From IMG/VR virus record IMGVR_UViG_3300022074_005559: a stretch of DNA of 64,000 bases; one strand, 5' to 3'. Positions 31,527 through 40,299 of this stretch are shown one piece after another. The notes under the pieces are model-generated. The model made no database searches and was not told the origin of the DNA. It saw only the letters and a list, made by a program, of their open reading frames with translations. The translations under genes were made by a program, and so were the position numbers. The DNA is from a virus. Its lineage: Duplodnaviria > Caudoviricetes. The stretch's first letter is position 1. Each line of letters begins with the position of its first letter.

Positions 31527-31555
31527 TTGCTAAGTATATTTATAGGTTGTATAAT
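31527..31555 (+). promoter_or_regulatory. sigma70-type promoter TTGCTA-N17-TATAAT for late sigma gene
   Basis: Read from sequence; AAGGA SD and ATG 31583 downstream. Confidence 0.75.
31537..31544 (-). promoter_or_regulatory. Perfect T4-type late promoter TATAAATA for the baseplate operon
   Basis: Exact match, 33 nt upstream of ATG 31503. Confidence 0.8.
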
Positions 31556-31582
31556 ATACGCATATAAAAGGAATCTCATTAC

Positions 31583-32410
31583 ATGATCAAAAGGAAAAAC
31601 TACCTCAACAATCGCGATTTGTTGAAAGAAATACACTTATCTAAGAACAGTTACTCTAGTTATGTGAACGAAGGTGACAATGTCTACGATATTATCCTTC
31701 CAAATGTTGACAAAATCAATATTAGAACTATCGCACAAGCAAAACGCAATCAAGCCGATCGCATACAAAAACAAAACTATGAAGCAGCTAGAATGCGCGG
31801 CGAAAAGGTCAAACAAGCAGATTTTGCAGTCGACTGGAAAAAAATCAACAAAACTGAAGTTGTATTTCGCATTATGACACATGACCATATCCCACTACAC
31901 CCTGGTCGTAAGAAAAATCCAAAAACTGTCGCCGATCATCATGTGCAGTGCAACTTCCCTCCATATCAACACTTTAGATTCAATCAAGAAGATGAACTAG
32001 TTTGTGTTGGTAAAAGTCACTGGGAAGGCGGGCTTGAGAATGGTGCGTTCTGTAAAACACATGGCAACACCACAAACAAACTTGCCCGTATGTACATGAA
32101 GTTATGCGAGCGTTATGGCACACGTTCAAACTGGCGTGGATACACTTACAATGATGAAATGCGTAGCCAAGCACTGCTACAACTTACACAGATTGGTCTA
32201 CAGTTTGATGAAAGTAAAAGTGAAAATCCATTTGCTTACTACACTGCTGCTATCACAAACAGTTTTACTCGTGTGCTGAACTTGGAAAAGAAAAACCAAG
32301 CAATCCGTGATGACATTTTGGAAAGTGCTGGTCTAAACCCAAGTTATACAAGACAAGTAGAGAATGAAATAGCGACTAAAAAAGCATATTCAGATGCAAA
32401 TTCTTCCTGA
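31583..32410 (+). CDS. gp55: Sigma factor for late transcription, gp55-like
   Basis: NYLNN.DLL.EI, NWRGYTYNDEM, FD..KS.NPFAYYT....NSF.R....EKK.Q motifs. Confidence 0.85.
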   Translation: MIKRKNYLNNRDLLKEIHLSKNSYSSYVNEGDNVYDIILPNVDKINIRTIAQAKRNQADRIQKQNYEAARMRGEKVKQADFAVDWKKINKTEVVFRIMTHDHIPLHPGRKKNPKTVADHHVQCNFPPYQHFRFNQEDELVCVGKSHWEGGLENGAFCKTHGNTTNKLARMYMKLCERYGTRSNWRGYTYNDEMRSQALLQLTQIGLQFDESKSENPFAYYTAAITNSFTRVLNLEKKNQAIRDDILESAGLNPSYTRQVENEIATKKAYSDANSS

Positions 32411-33023
32411 AACACTGGATAAACACTACGACATACTACTAGACAACGAAAGCGAACTCAATACACTTAACCCTAGAGACTATCTAAGTTATAGGATTGG
32501 GTTTGCTGACGTTTACGAATGTCTAAACCTTTTACTCGAAAAAAATCCTGTTAGTATTGCCGATATTGGATGCGGCACTAACTATTACAAAAAGTTTATC
32601 CCGCACTTAACAGGTGTAGATCCAGAGTTCGAACAAGCAGACATACAAGCAGGGTTTGATGCAGAGTTTAGTAAACAATACACTCATAGTTTTGATGCGG
32701 CTTTTAGCATATGCGCATTACACTTCATACCTTTAGACTATATGAGAACACGCATACTTGAGTTTGCTAACATAATCAAACCAGGAGGCAGAGGCTATAT
32801 TGCTCTAAACTTGGCTAGAATGGTAGAAGATGCTCCGTACAAAAAGAACACACGCTATCTAGTAGAGATGTTTGGTACAGAAACTCCTAGCATAACACAA
32901 TGCAAAGATTATGTTACAAAAGAGCTTGACATGCTGGATTTAGACGTGTTACAATGCAATATAGATTTAGAATCTTATGATGCATACTACAATGGAAACA
33001 TTAGGTTATTTTTTAATACATGA
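32394..33023 (+). CDS. Class I SAM-dependent methyltransferase
   Basis: IADIGCG motif I, FDAAFSICALHF, IKPGGRGY. Confidence 0.8.
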   Translation: MQILPETLDKHYDILLDNESELNTLNPRDYLSYRIGFADVYECLNLLLEKNPVSIADIGCGTNYYKKFIPHLTGVDPEFEQADIQAGFDAEFSKQYTHSFDAAFSICALHFIPLDYMRTRILEFANIIKPGGRGYIALNLARMVEDAPYKKNTRYLVEMFGTETPSITQCKDYVTKELDMLDLDVLQCNIDLESYDAYYNGNIRLFFNT

Positions 33024-34030
33024 GTTTGTTCAAACGGGCCGCCGTATTCACGGATATTCACTTTGGTAACAAGAGCAATAGCCAGACTTTCAACAAGGAT
33101 TGTCTAGACTTTGTTACTTGGTTTTGCAAAGAGGCTAAAGCACAAGGTGCAGATACCTGTATCTTTATGGGCGATTGGCATCATCAACGTGCAAGTATCA
33201 ACGTTGCTACGCTAAACTACAGTATTGCTGCGCTAGACTTGCTCAACGACTCGTTTGATACAATCCACTTTATCCCTGGCAATCATGATGAGTACTACAG
33301 AGACAAGCGCGACTACAACAGCGTTGCTTTTATTAAGAAGTTTGAGAACATACAGTTTTACAATGACATTACTAAAGTAGACGGTGTTGCGTTTATTCCA
33401 TGGTTAGTAGGCGATGAACACAAGCAGATGCGCAAAGTAAATGCTGACTATGTGATTGGTCACTTTGAACTTCCTCATTTTTATATGAACGCTATGGTAC
33501 AGATGCCTGATCACGGTGAACTAAGTGCAGATGACTTTGGTCGTTGTGGTACTGTGTTTACAGGACATTTTCACAAGCGACAGGAAAAAGGCAATGTTGT
33601 GTACACAGGCAATGCATTTCCTCACAACTACAGCGATGCCGGCGATGATGACAGAGGCATGATGTTATTGGATTGGGACGGGACAAAACAGTATATTGCA
33701 TGGCCCGATCAGCCAAAGTATCGCACACTGAAAATAAGTCAACTACTGGAAGGTCCTGAAAAGTATCTGGGTCCAAAGACCTATGCCCGTGTTAACTTGG
33801 ATGTAGATATTAGTTACGAAGAAGCAAACTTTATCAAAGAAACTTTTATACAAGAATACAATCTGCGTGAACTAAGTTTAATCCCTATGAAGGTTGAAGA
33901 CATGGACATGCAAATCTCAGGTGAGATTAACTTTGAAAGTGTAGATACTATTGTAACTAGTCAACTACAACAGATTGACAGCGAGCAATATGACACTAAC
34001 CTAATGTTAGACATTTACAGAAATCTATAG
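33020..34030 (+). CDS. gp47: Recombination endonuclease subunit (Mre11/SbcD-like)
   Basis: TDIHFG, GDWHH, GNHD, GHFE, GHFH metallophosphoesterase motifs. Confidence 0.95.
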   Translation: MSLFKRAAVFTDIHFGNKSNSQTFNKDCLDFVTWFCKEAKAQGADTCIFMGDWHHQRASINVATLNYSIAALDLLNDSFDTIHFIPGNHDEYYRDKRDYNSVAFIKKFENIQFYNDITKVDGVAFIPWLVGDEHKQMRKVNADYVIGHFELPHFYMNAMVQMPDHGELSADDFGRCGTVFTGHFHKRQEKGNVVYTGNAFPHNYSDAGDDDRGMMLLDWDGTKQYIAWPDQPKYRTLKISQLLEGPEKYLGPKTYARVNLDVDISYEEANFIKETFIQEYNLRELSLIPMKVEDMDMQISGEINFESVDTIVTSQLQQIDSEQYDTNLMLDIYRNL

Positions 34031-34036
34031 TATAAT
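34008..34036 (+). promoter_or_regulatory. sigma70-type promoter TAGACA-N17-TATAAT for gp46
   Basis: Embedded in gp47 3' end; ATG 34043 is 6 nt after the -10 box. Confidence 0.7.
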
Positions 34037-34042
34037 AAACAC

Positions 34043-35806
34043 ATGTTCAAACTAGATACACTTACAGTAAAAAACTTTATGAGTGTGGGTAACACCACAC
34101 AAGCCATTGACTTTAACCGCAATGACCTTACACTTGTGTTGGGTGAAAACCTGGACACAGGTGGAGGCGATGCTGGCAGTAGAAATGGAACTGGTAAAAC
34201 CACTATCATCAATGCGCTAAGTTATGCATTATATGGCAATGCACTTACAAACATTCGCAAGGACAACTTGATCAACAAGACCAATGGTAAGAACATGCTT
34301 ACTACTGTGGAGTTTGAAAAAGATGGGCTGGCGTATCGTATTGAACGTGGACGTAAGCCTAATGTGTTAAAGTTCTACATTAACAACAACGAACAAGAAA
34401 CAGAGGATAACGCACAGGGAGATAGCAGAGAAACACAAAAGGCTATCGAAGAACTGTTAGGTATGAGCCATGACATGTTTAAACATGTGCTTGCACTAAA
34501 CACATACAGCGAACCGTTTCTAAGTATGCGCACTAACGATCAACGTGCTATTATTGAGCAGTTGTTGGGTATTACTATTCTCAGTGAGAAAGCAGAGAAT
34601 CTTAAAGAAATGGTGCGTGTAACTAAGAATAAGATCCAAGAAGAAGAGTTCCGTATCAAAGCAGTTGAAGATGCTAACGGCAAGATTACAGAACAAGTCG
34701 ATGCACTCAAACGCAGACAGCGTATGTGGCAAGAGAAAAAAGATCAGGACATTGCGAACTTTAAAACAGCAATCAATGATCTCAGTCATGTTGACATTGA
34801 TGAGGAACTGCGTTTACACACAGAACTTGCTGACTGGCGTGCCTTAGACAATGAACAAACTCAACTACAAAAAGACATTGCCAGTTTGCAAGCACAACAA
34901 AGTCGTGCTGAAAAAGATGTTGCAAAAACACTGAAAGCTCTAGAAGGATGGCAAGACGGAGTATGTCATAGTTGCAATCAAAGCATTGAACATCTAGACA
35001 GTCATAAAAAAGAGATTGAAAAAGCGGAGAAAGAACATGAAGAGTCAAGTAGTTTCCTTATCGAGTTACAAACAGGCATTGGAGAACTCAAAGTTAGAAA
35101 ATCAGAAGTACCAGCAAAACCTAGAACTTTCTACGATGATGTATCAGATGCCCATAACCATAGAACAACCTTATCAACTCTTGAGTCCCAACTACAAAAT
35201 AAGTTCGATGAAAGTGACCCTTACTCCGATCAAATCGTAGATATGGAACAAACTGCGGTGCAAGAAATAACGTGGGATACAATCAACGAACTTACTCGTG
35301 TACAGAATCACCAGGAGTTTTTGCTTAAACTACTTACTAACAAAGACAGTTTTATCCGCAAACGTATCATTGATCAAAATCTTGCATACTTGAATACAAG
35401 ACTAGAAGGATACCTAGGCGCAGTTGGACTACCGCACACAGTGGTGTTCCAAAATGATCTAACAGTAGAAATACAAGAACTAGGCAGAGACTTGGACTTT
35501 GATAACTTGAGCAGAGGCGAGCGTAACAGACTTATACTAAGTTTAAGTTGGGCGTTCCGTGATGTTTGGGAAAGCCTATATCAGCCAATCAACTTGTTGT
35601 TTATCGACGAACTAGTAGACAGTGGAATGGACAGTGCAGGTGTTGAAAATGCTATGGGCGTACTCAAACGCATGAGCAGAGAGCGCAACAAAAGTGTATG
35701 GCTAGTAAGCCACAAAGATGAACTTATTGGTCGTGTAAACAATGTGCTAAAAGTTATCAAAGAAAATGGCTTTACTAGTTACGACACCGATGTAGAGATG
35801 GTATGA
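34043..35806 (+). CDS. gp46: Recombination ATPase subunit (Rad50/SbcC-like)
   Basis: Walker A NGTGKT, coiled coil with CHSC hook, LSRGE signature, LLFIDE Walker B. Confidence 0.95.
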   Translation: MFKLDTLTVKNFMSVGNTTQAIDFNRNDLTLVLGENLDTGGGDAGSRNGTGKTTIINALSYALYGNALTNIRKDNLINKTNGKNMLTTVEFEKDGLAYRIERGRKPNVLKFYINNNEQETEDNAQGDSRETQKAIEELLGMSHDMFKHVLALNTYSEPFLSMRTNDQRAIIEQLLGITILSEKAENLKEMVRVTKNKIQEEEFRIKAVEDANGKITEQVDALKRRQRMWQEKKDQDIANFKTAINDLSHVDIDEELRLHTELADWRALDNEQTQLQKDIASLQAQQSRAEKDVAKTLKALEGWQDGVCHSCNQSIEHLDSHKKEIEKAEKEHEESSSFLIELQTGIGELKVRKSEVPAKPRTFYDDVSDAHNHRTTLSTLESQLQNKFDESDPYSDQIVDMEQTAVQEITWDTINELTRVQNHQEFLLKLLTNKDSFIRKRIIDQNLAYLNTRLEGYLGAVGLPHTVVFQNDLTVEIQELGRDLDFDNLSRGERNRLILSLSWAFRDVWESLYQPINLLFIDELVDSGMDSAGVENAMGVLKRMSRERNKSVWLVSHKDELIGRVNNVLKVIKENGFTSYDTDVEMV

Positions 35807-36834
35807 CCCTAGCACTGGATCATTGGCACATAGAAGTAAGCAGTATTTGCACACTGAAATGTCCACGATGTACACGCATGGAAGTTCCAGAAACACTGCT
35901 TAATCGTCAACTTACATTGGAGTTTTTCCGTACACAGATAGGAGAAACTGCAATAAAAAATATGCGTAAAATAAGTTTTTGCGGTGACGACGGTGATCCA
36001 ATATATGCTAAAGAGTTTTTGGAAATCGTTGATTGGATCAAGCAAATCAACCCAACTATACAGTTGTTGATTATTACTAACGGCAGTTACAAGACTGAAG
36101 ATTGGTGGCGCACACTTGCACACGCTCTTAACGCACACGATGAAATACATTGGAGTTTGGACGGGTGGAATCAAGATTCGAACAGTAAATACAGAGTTAA
36201 CTGTGACTGGGCAAGTATCATGCAAGGCATGAATACATTTGTAGCACACAACACAACAAGTTACACAGTGGTTGCTACTATTGCTTTTCGCTTCAATGAA
36301 AGTAAACTAGACTATATAAAGCAACTAGCGGAAGACATTGGTGTTGACTGCTGGCAACTTACACTGAGTACTAAGTTTGGAAGCAAGTATCCAGATGCAT
36401 ATGGCAAAGATGATTTGCTAGAACCTGTTAGCAAAGACTTAGTTGCAAACGGACACAGGTTTCAAAGAAGGCAACAGTATCTAAGTAACAAAACAAGACC
36501 AGGTGCAGACTTAAAGTCTGTGTTTTGGCAAAGAGCACAAGAGTTGGATGCAAGCGATGAATACCCAGCACTGTGCTACATTGGAAACAAAGGCGTGTTT
36601 CTAAAAGCAACCGGCGAGTTTTATCCTTGTTGCTGGACTGCACTGCGCTATCCGCACAATGCAGATATTATAGAACTTGCACAAACAAGATTTAACTTGC
36701 ATAATACAACAATAGAAGATATAATGCAAGACCCGTATTGGACTACAGAGTTCAAGAAGTTTGACAATCAAGAATGTCGAACAAAATGCGTAAAAGCAAA
36801 ACTACATGATAAACATCATGTAACTGAATGGTAA
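35803..36834 (+). CDS. Radical SAM enzyme with SPASM/twitch-like C-terminus
   Basis: CTLKCPRC, GDDGDP, G.FYPCC, terminal CRTKC. Confidence 0.85.
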   Translation: MTLALDHWHIEVSSICTLKCPRCTRMEVPETLLNRQLTLEFFRTQIGETAIKNMRKISFCGDDGDPIYAKEFLEIVDWIKQINPTIQLLIITNGSYKTEDWWRTLAHALNAHDEIHWSLDGWNQDSNSKYRVNCDWASIMQGMNTFVAHNTTSYTVVATIAFRFNESKLDYIKQLAEDIGVDCWQLTLSTKFGSKYPDAYGKDDLLEPVSKDLVANGHRFQRRQQYLSNKTRPGADLKSVFWQRAQELDASDEYPALCYIGNKGVFLKATGEFYPCCWTALRYPHNADIIELAQTRFNLHNTTIEDIMQDPYWTTEFKKFDNQECRTKCVKAKLHDKHHVTEW

Positions 36835-36844
36835 GGAGTAAACC

Positions 36845-37018
36845 ATGACACACGATCAAATCGTTGAAAACTATGAAGCATATCTCAAAGAGCATGCAGC
36901 ATTTGAAGAAAAAGGCGTAAAAGCAGCGGCAACAAGAGCTCGTAAAGCACTAGGTGAACTTGGCAAACTTGCTAAGACTCGTCGTGCAGAGATCCAAGAT
37001 AAAAAGAACGCAATGTAA
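36845..37018 (+). CDS. Small basic protein, 57 aa (Hc1-like putative DNA-binding)
   Basis: AAGGAG SD, TAATG coupling to next gene, KAAATRARKAL.EL.KLAK.RR.EIQ; below ORF-track cutoff. Confidence 0.75.
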   Translation: MTHDQIVENYEAYLKEHAAFEEKGVKAAATRARKALGELGKLAKTRRAEIQDKKNAM

Positions 37019-37662
37019 TGCATAAAACACTTGACATTCCAGAGTTTATCCCGCATAATGAGTTAAATGAAACGGAACGTCGAGTGCTTTCTGCTACCAA
37101 TGAAACAACAGAGTTTGTTGACCATTGGGGAGTGTGGAAAGGTAAGCACGTTACTAGTCAACACTGGGTACCTAGAGAAAAACTAGACACAGTGTTTGAG
37201 CTAGTAAAGAATCGTTTAGAATGGATTCTCGATCCATTTGTAATCGAAAAGGGACAGATACTAGAAAGTCATCTTGCTTATGATTTGCACACTGACTATT
37301 ATGTCAAAGTAGATCATGTAGCAGAAGAACTTGAAGGTGTTCCTTACTATACACTTATTGTGCCTCTTGCAGACTATAACAGTCACACAGTTGTATTTGA
37401 GCAAAACGCTAACTACAACGACTTTTATCTCTACAAGGAACGCAATGAGCCGCTTGAACAACATATCAGTGATGAGGATTGGCAAAAATATGCCAGTCAT
37501 TGTTGGGCAGATGATCAACAGTATGTTACACTTGAAGCGGCTTGCAAGTGGACAATGGGCAAACTGATAGGGTTTGACCGTGGCAAGTTTCATTGTAGTG
37601 ATAACTTTACAGAATCTCTGCAAATGAAACGTGCATTTATACTATGGCTAAGAGAGCAATAA
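37018..37662 (+). CDS. 2OG-Fe(II) oxygenase-like protein
   Basis: HTD ... TLIVPL ... FHC ... KR spacing typical of the HxD..H facial triad fold. Confidence 0.5.
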   Translation: MHKTLDIPEFIPHNELNETERRVLSATNETTEFVDHWGVWKGKHVTSQHWVPREKLDTVFELVKNRLEWILDPFVIEKGQILESHLAYDLHTDYYVKVDHVAEELEGVPYYTLIVPLADYNSHTVVFEQNANYNDFYLYKERNEPLEQHISDEDWQKYASHCWADDQQYVTLEAACKWTMGKLIGFDRGKFHCSDNFTESLQMKRAFILWLREQ

Positions 37663-38288
37663 TGTACCAAGAATACAGTCACATAGTTCCAAAGGATTGG
37701 TTCTGGACTACCTGGGAGCAGTTTAGCACACCTATTGTGCAACCAGGAGAAGACTACTTTGTTGCCCTCGGCGATAGTTTCACATGCGGCTATCAAATGG
37801 AAAGTTACAGTCAAACTTGGGTATCACTGCTTAGTGATGCAACAGGTCTAGGACATGTTAACTTGGCATGGAACGGTGCAAGCATTGAAGCAACTTGCAG
37901 ATTTTTGGATCGCAGTTTAAGTGTTGATCCTGCAAAGTTGCACATTGTTATGCTACCGTATCCATGGCGCAGTGAAAGTTGCTTGTGGTTTAAAGGTGAA
38001 CGCAACCGCAGGATCAAAGACACAGGAGATCATGCAGGTAGATGTGGATTCAAACTAGGATCTGCACTGGAACGATACAAACATGATAGAGTTGTGTTTA
38101 CTAATACTTGGGGACTGACCAACGAAGTGTTTGACGCAATCAGAGACTTTGCTGTTCAGTACCCAAACTTTATGTTGAATCAAGGTGAATGGCTTGACCG
38201 TGCGCTGGATGGTGAGCATGGACATGCAGGTCCACTTACTCACGGTATAGTGGCTAAGGAACTTCACGATTTCATAAAGAATAAGTGA
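37644..38288 (+). CDS. SGNH/GDSL hydrolase-like protein
   Basis: ALGDSFT block I, NLAWNGAS block II, D..HGH near C-terminus. Confidence 0.65.
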   Translation: MAKRAIMYQEYSHIVPKDWFWTTWEQFSTPIVQPGEDYFVALGDSFTCGYQMESYSQTWVSLLSDATGLGHVNLAWNGASIEATCRFLDRSLSVDPAKLHIVMLPYPWRSESCLWFKGERNRRIKDTGDHAGRCGFKLGSALERYKHDRVVFTNTWGLTNEVFDAIRDFAVQYPNFMLNQGEWLDRALDGEHGHAGPLTHGIVAKELHDFIKNK

Positions 38289-38308
38289 TATGAGATATAT
38301 AGTACTAC

Positions 38309-38731
38309 ATGGAACCTTGGTATTACAATGACAAAATAGTTGATGAACTACCCGAGGGCACTGTAGGTTTTGTATATCTCATTACTAATCTTACAAACAA
38401 TAGAAAATACATTGGCAAAAAACTGGCATCATTTAAAAAAACAAAACCTCCTCTCAAAGGCAGAAAAAACAAACGCCGTAGCACTGTTGAATCAGACTGG
38501 CGTACATATTATGGCTCATCAGACGAACTGAACGCAGACGTCGACAAACTAGGCACAGACAACTTCAAGCGTGAAATATTGTTTTATTGCATCAGCAAAT
38601 CGCAACTAAGTTATGTTGAAGCAAGAGAACAGTTTAATCACAAAGTACTTGAATCAGACGAATATTACAATGGGCACATCCGTGTACGAGTACACGGCAA
38701 AGGCATACTCAATAAAATTATCACAGAATAA
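38309..38731 (+). CDS. GIY-YIG endonuclease (DenA/Seg-like), 140 aa
   Basis: GFVYLITN..RKYIGK, YYGS, EAREQ, YYNGHI. Confidence 0.85.
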   Translation: MEPWYYNDKIVDELPEGTVGFVYLITNLTNNRKYIGKKLASFKKTKPPLKGRKNKRRSTVESDWRTYYGSSDELNADVDKLGTDNFKREILFYCISKSQLSYVEAREQFNHKVLESDEYYNGHIRVRVHGKGILNKIITE

Positions 38732-38764
38732 TTAGGCTATATAGCATCTCAACAAAAAGCGCAC

Positions 38765-39067
38765 TACTCTGTAACAACAGCGGCGAATCGCATGATGCAA
38801 GAATAAACCAACTTAAGGCTAAAAAGATAACGGCTCTGTGAAACAGATACAACCGTTGCTGGACATGCATTGCTGTTATGATGTATGAAAGGTTCCGAGA
38901 TCACTCGTGAAGGCTGAAGTAGGGGGTATGCGGGTTTCCGCCTCCGTGCAGCAATGCAATCTTCTTATAACAGATGACGTACGATGCGAATAGTATCCAA
39001 ATCATTGCTTCACCCGGAGACGGGTGAAGTATGACTCCAACTTCTGCGAATAGAACTTTCGCTTCGC
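38765..39067 (+). ncRNA. Candidate large structured non-coding RNA (family unidentified)
   Basis: ORF-free gap with multiple perfect helices incl. 10-bp long-range stem and 9-bp GAGA-capped hairpin; boundaries and strand inferred. Confidence 0.6.
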
Positions 39068-39125
39068 TCATTAAAAAAATATGAATGAAACGAAGTGAAA
39101 TGAATGAACGAACTTTAGTTCGTTC
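39057..39125. terminator. Twin hairpins at convergence of two operons (putative terminator region)
   Basis: TTTCGCTTCG/CGAAGTGAAA stem and GAACGAAC-TTTA-GTTCGTTC hairpin abutting stop at 39126. Confidence 0.5.
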
Positions 39126-39362
39126 CTAAAGTATAACTGTTTTAGCTGATTTACTAAGTTCTACGTTATCATCAACTACTTTGTTGAAGTAAGCATAATC
39201 ATTACTTGGCATATCAAGTAGTTCTGACATAGAAACTCCTCCTCTCATATACCATGCGATCTTTGCCATTGTCTGTTTGATTTCAGCAACGGTCTTATCA
39301 AATCCTTTTAAGTACCCCTCAATCTCAGGATTGGTTAATGCTAAGAGGCGAAGGCGAAAAAA
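39126..39362 (-). CDS. gp51-like baseplate hub assembly domain, probably expressed by -1 frameshift from upstream gene
   Basis: 78 open codons FFRLRLLALTNPEIEGYL...AWYMRGGVSMSELLDM...TVIL*; first ATG only at 39269; missing from ORF track. Confidence 0.7.
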   Translation of the reverse strand, partial: FFRLRLLALTNPEIEGYLKGFDKTVAEIKQTMAKIAWYMRGGVSMSELLDMPSNDYAYFNKVVDDNVELSKSAKTVIL

Positions 39363-40246
39363 TGCGCTTGGTCAAATGTAAATGGCGTTGAGTATTCGTG
39401 TTTACATTCATCACATGTAGTTGTAACAGTTTTTTCCGGAATGCCTTTGTTTACACTTTCTAGGTGTTTGGTCAGTGTATCATAGAACTGGCGTTCACTG
39501 TTTTTTACAAAGTCATTGATGTGATCTGGATTATCTACTGTAGTGCCGTCTGGTGTAACGATTTGTCTTATACATCCTGAAATGTTTGCTACAGTGTAGT
39601 TAGTCATTGCTGTAAAGATTTCTGCGAATCTATGTTGTTTTTCTTCTGCACTCAAAGTACTGTCATTGACCATCATAACCAATCTGTTTTGTTCAAACTG
39701 TTCTAGATTAGAATGATTAAGTGTTTGGTAGTTCATAGGTTGTAAGTAAACCTGCATGCCTTTGTAATCAAATGGCGTGTTATACAAGTCCATGTTTACC
39801 TTAAGATCCATAAACTGTCTAAGGTCAATCTCATAGTTGTCTGTGTTTTCACACTTAGGACATGTACTGGTGTATTCCATGCCTTCACCATAACTTGCAA
39901 TGCGTATAGCAATCAATACAGTGTCTAAATCTACAATAGGCATATCCCATGCATTTTTTATGTTAGGTACACAACTGTGAATGACGTCAACTACACCTTG
40001 CCCGTTCATAAGTGCATCTGGTGTATTCACTGTTATTTCATCTCTGGTGCTCATAGGCAGAATTGGCAGTTCGCCACTTATAGGCATTTCTACTGACCCT
40101 AGTGAATAGTATCTTCCTTGGCTAGGTAGTTGCACATACACAGCAGGTTGCCGCATGTATTGCTGTAAAGGATTAGACTGATGCTGATTTTGCATAGCTG
40201 AAAGTTGTTCAGGATTCATTGAAAAGTTCTCGGGTACATCGACCAT
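39341..40246 (-). CDS. Baseplate hub assembly protein, gp26-like
   Basis: RQPAVYVQLPSQG.YY, PMSTRDEI, D.D.VLIAIRIASYG, CPKC and CDEC zinc pairs; GGAG SD. Confidence 0.75.
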   Translation of the reverse strand: MVDVPENFSMNPEQLSAMQNQHQSNPLQQYMRQPAVYVQLPSQGRYYSLGSVEMPISGELPILPMSTRDEITVNTPDALMNGQGVVDVIHSCVPNIKNAWDMPIVDLDTVLIAIRIASYGEGMEYTSTCPKCENTDNYEIDLRQFMDLKVNMDLYNTPFDYKGMQVYLQPMNYQTLNHSNLEQFEQNRLVMMVNDSTLSAEEKQHRFAEIFTAMTNYTVANISGCIRQIVTPDGTTVDNPDHINDFVKNSERQFYDTLTKHLESVNKGIPEKTVTTTCDECKHEYSTPFTFDQAHFFAFAS

Positions 40247-40268
40247 GTTTTTCTCCAGGTAAATACAG

Positions 40269-40276
40269 TATAAATA
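40269..40276 (+). promoter_or_regulatory. Late promoter TATAAATA (tape measure/head direction)
   Basis: Exact match. Confidence 0.75.
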
Positions 40277-40291
40277 TGTAAACTGCGCTTG

Positions 40292-40299
40292 TATTTATA
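40292..40299 (-). promoter_or_regulatory. Late promoter TATAAATA (gp26-like direction)
   Basis: Exact match on minus strand. Confidence 0.75.

Noticed and set aside
38971-38993. CAGATGA...CGAAT resembles a hammerhead core
   Set aside because: Deviates from CUGAUGA/GAAA at conserved positions and stems I/III are not evident
38985-39053. CRISPR- or TIGR-like array from TGCGAATAG repeats
   Set aside because: Only two 9-bp copies; no cas or Nop-domain gene recognised in window
38732-39125. Group I/II intron, tRNA, tmRNA or RNase P identity for the structured gap
   Set aside because: No P7 R/S elements, domain V, cloverleaf or GAGGAAAGUCC seen; no split gene
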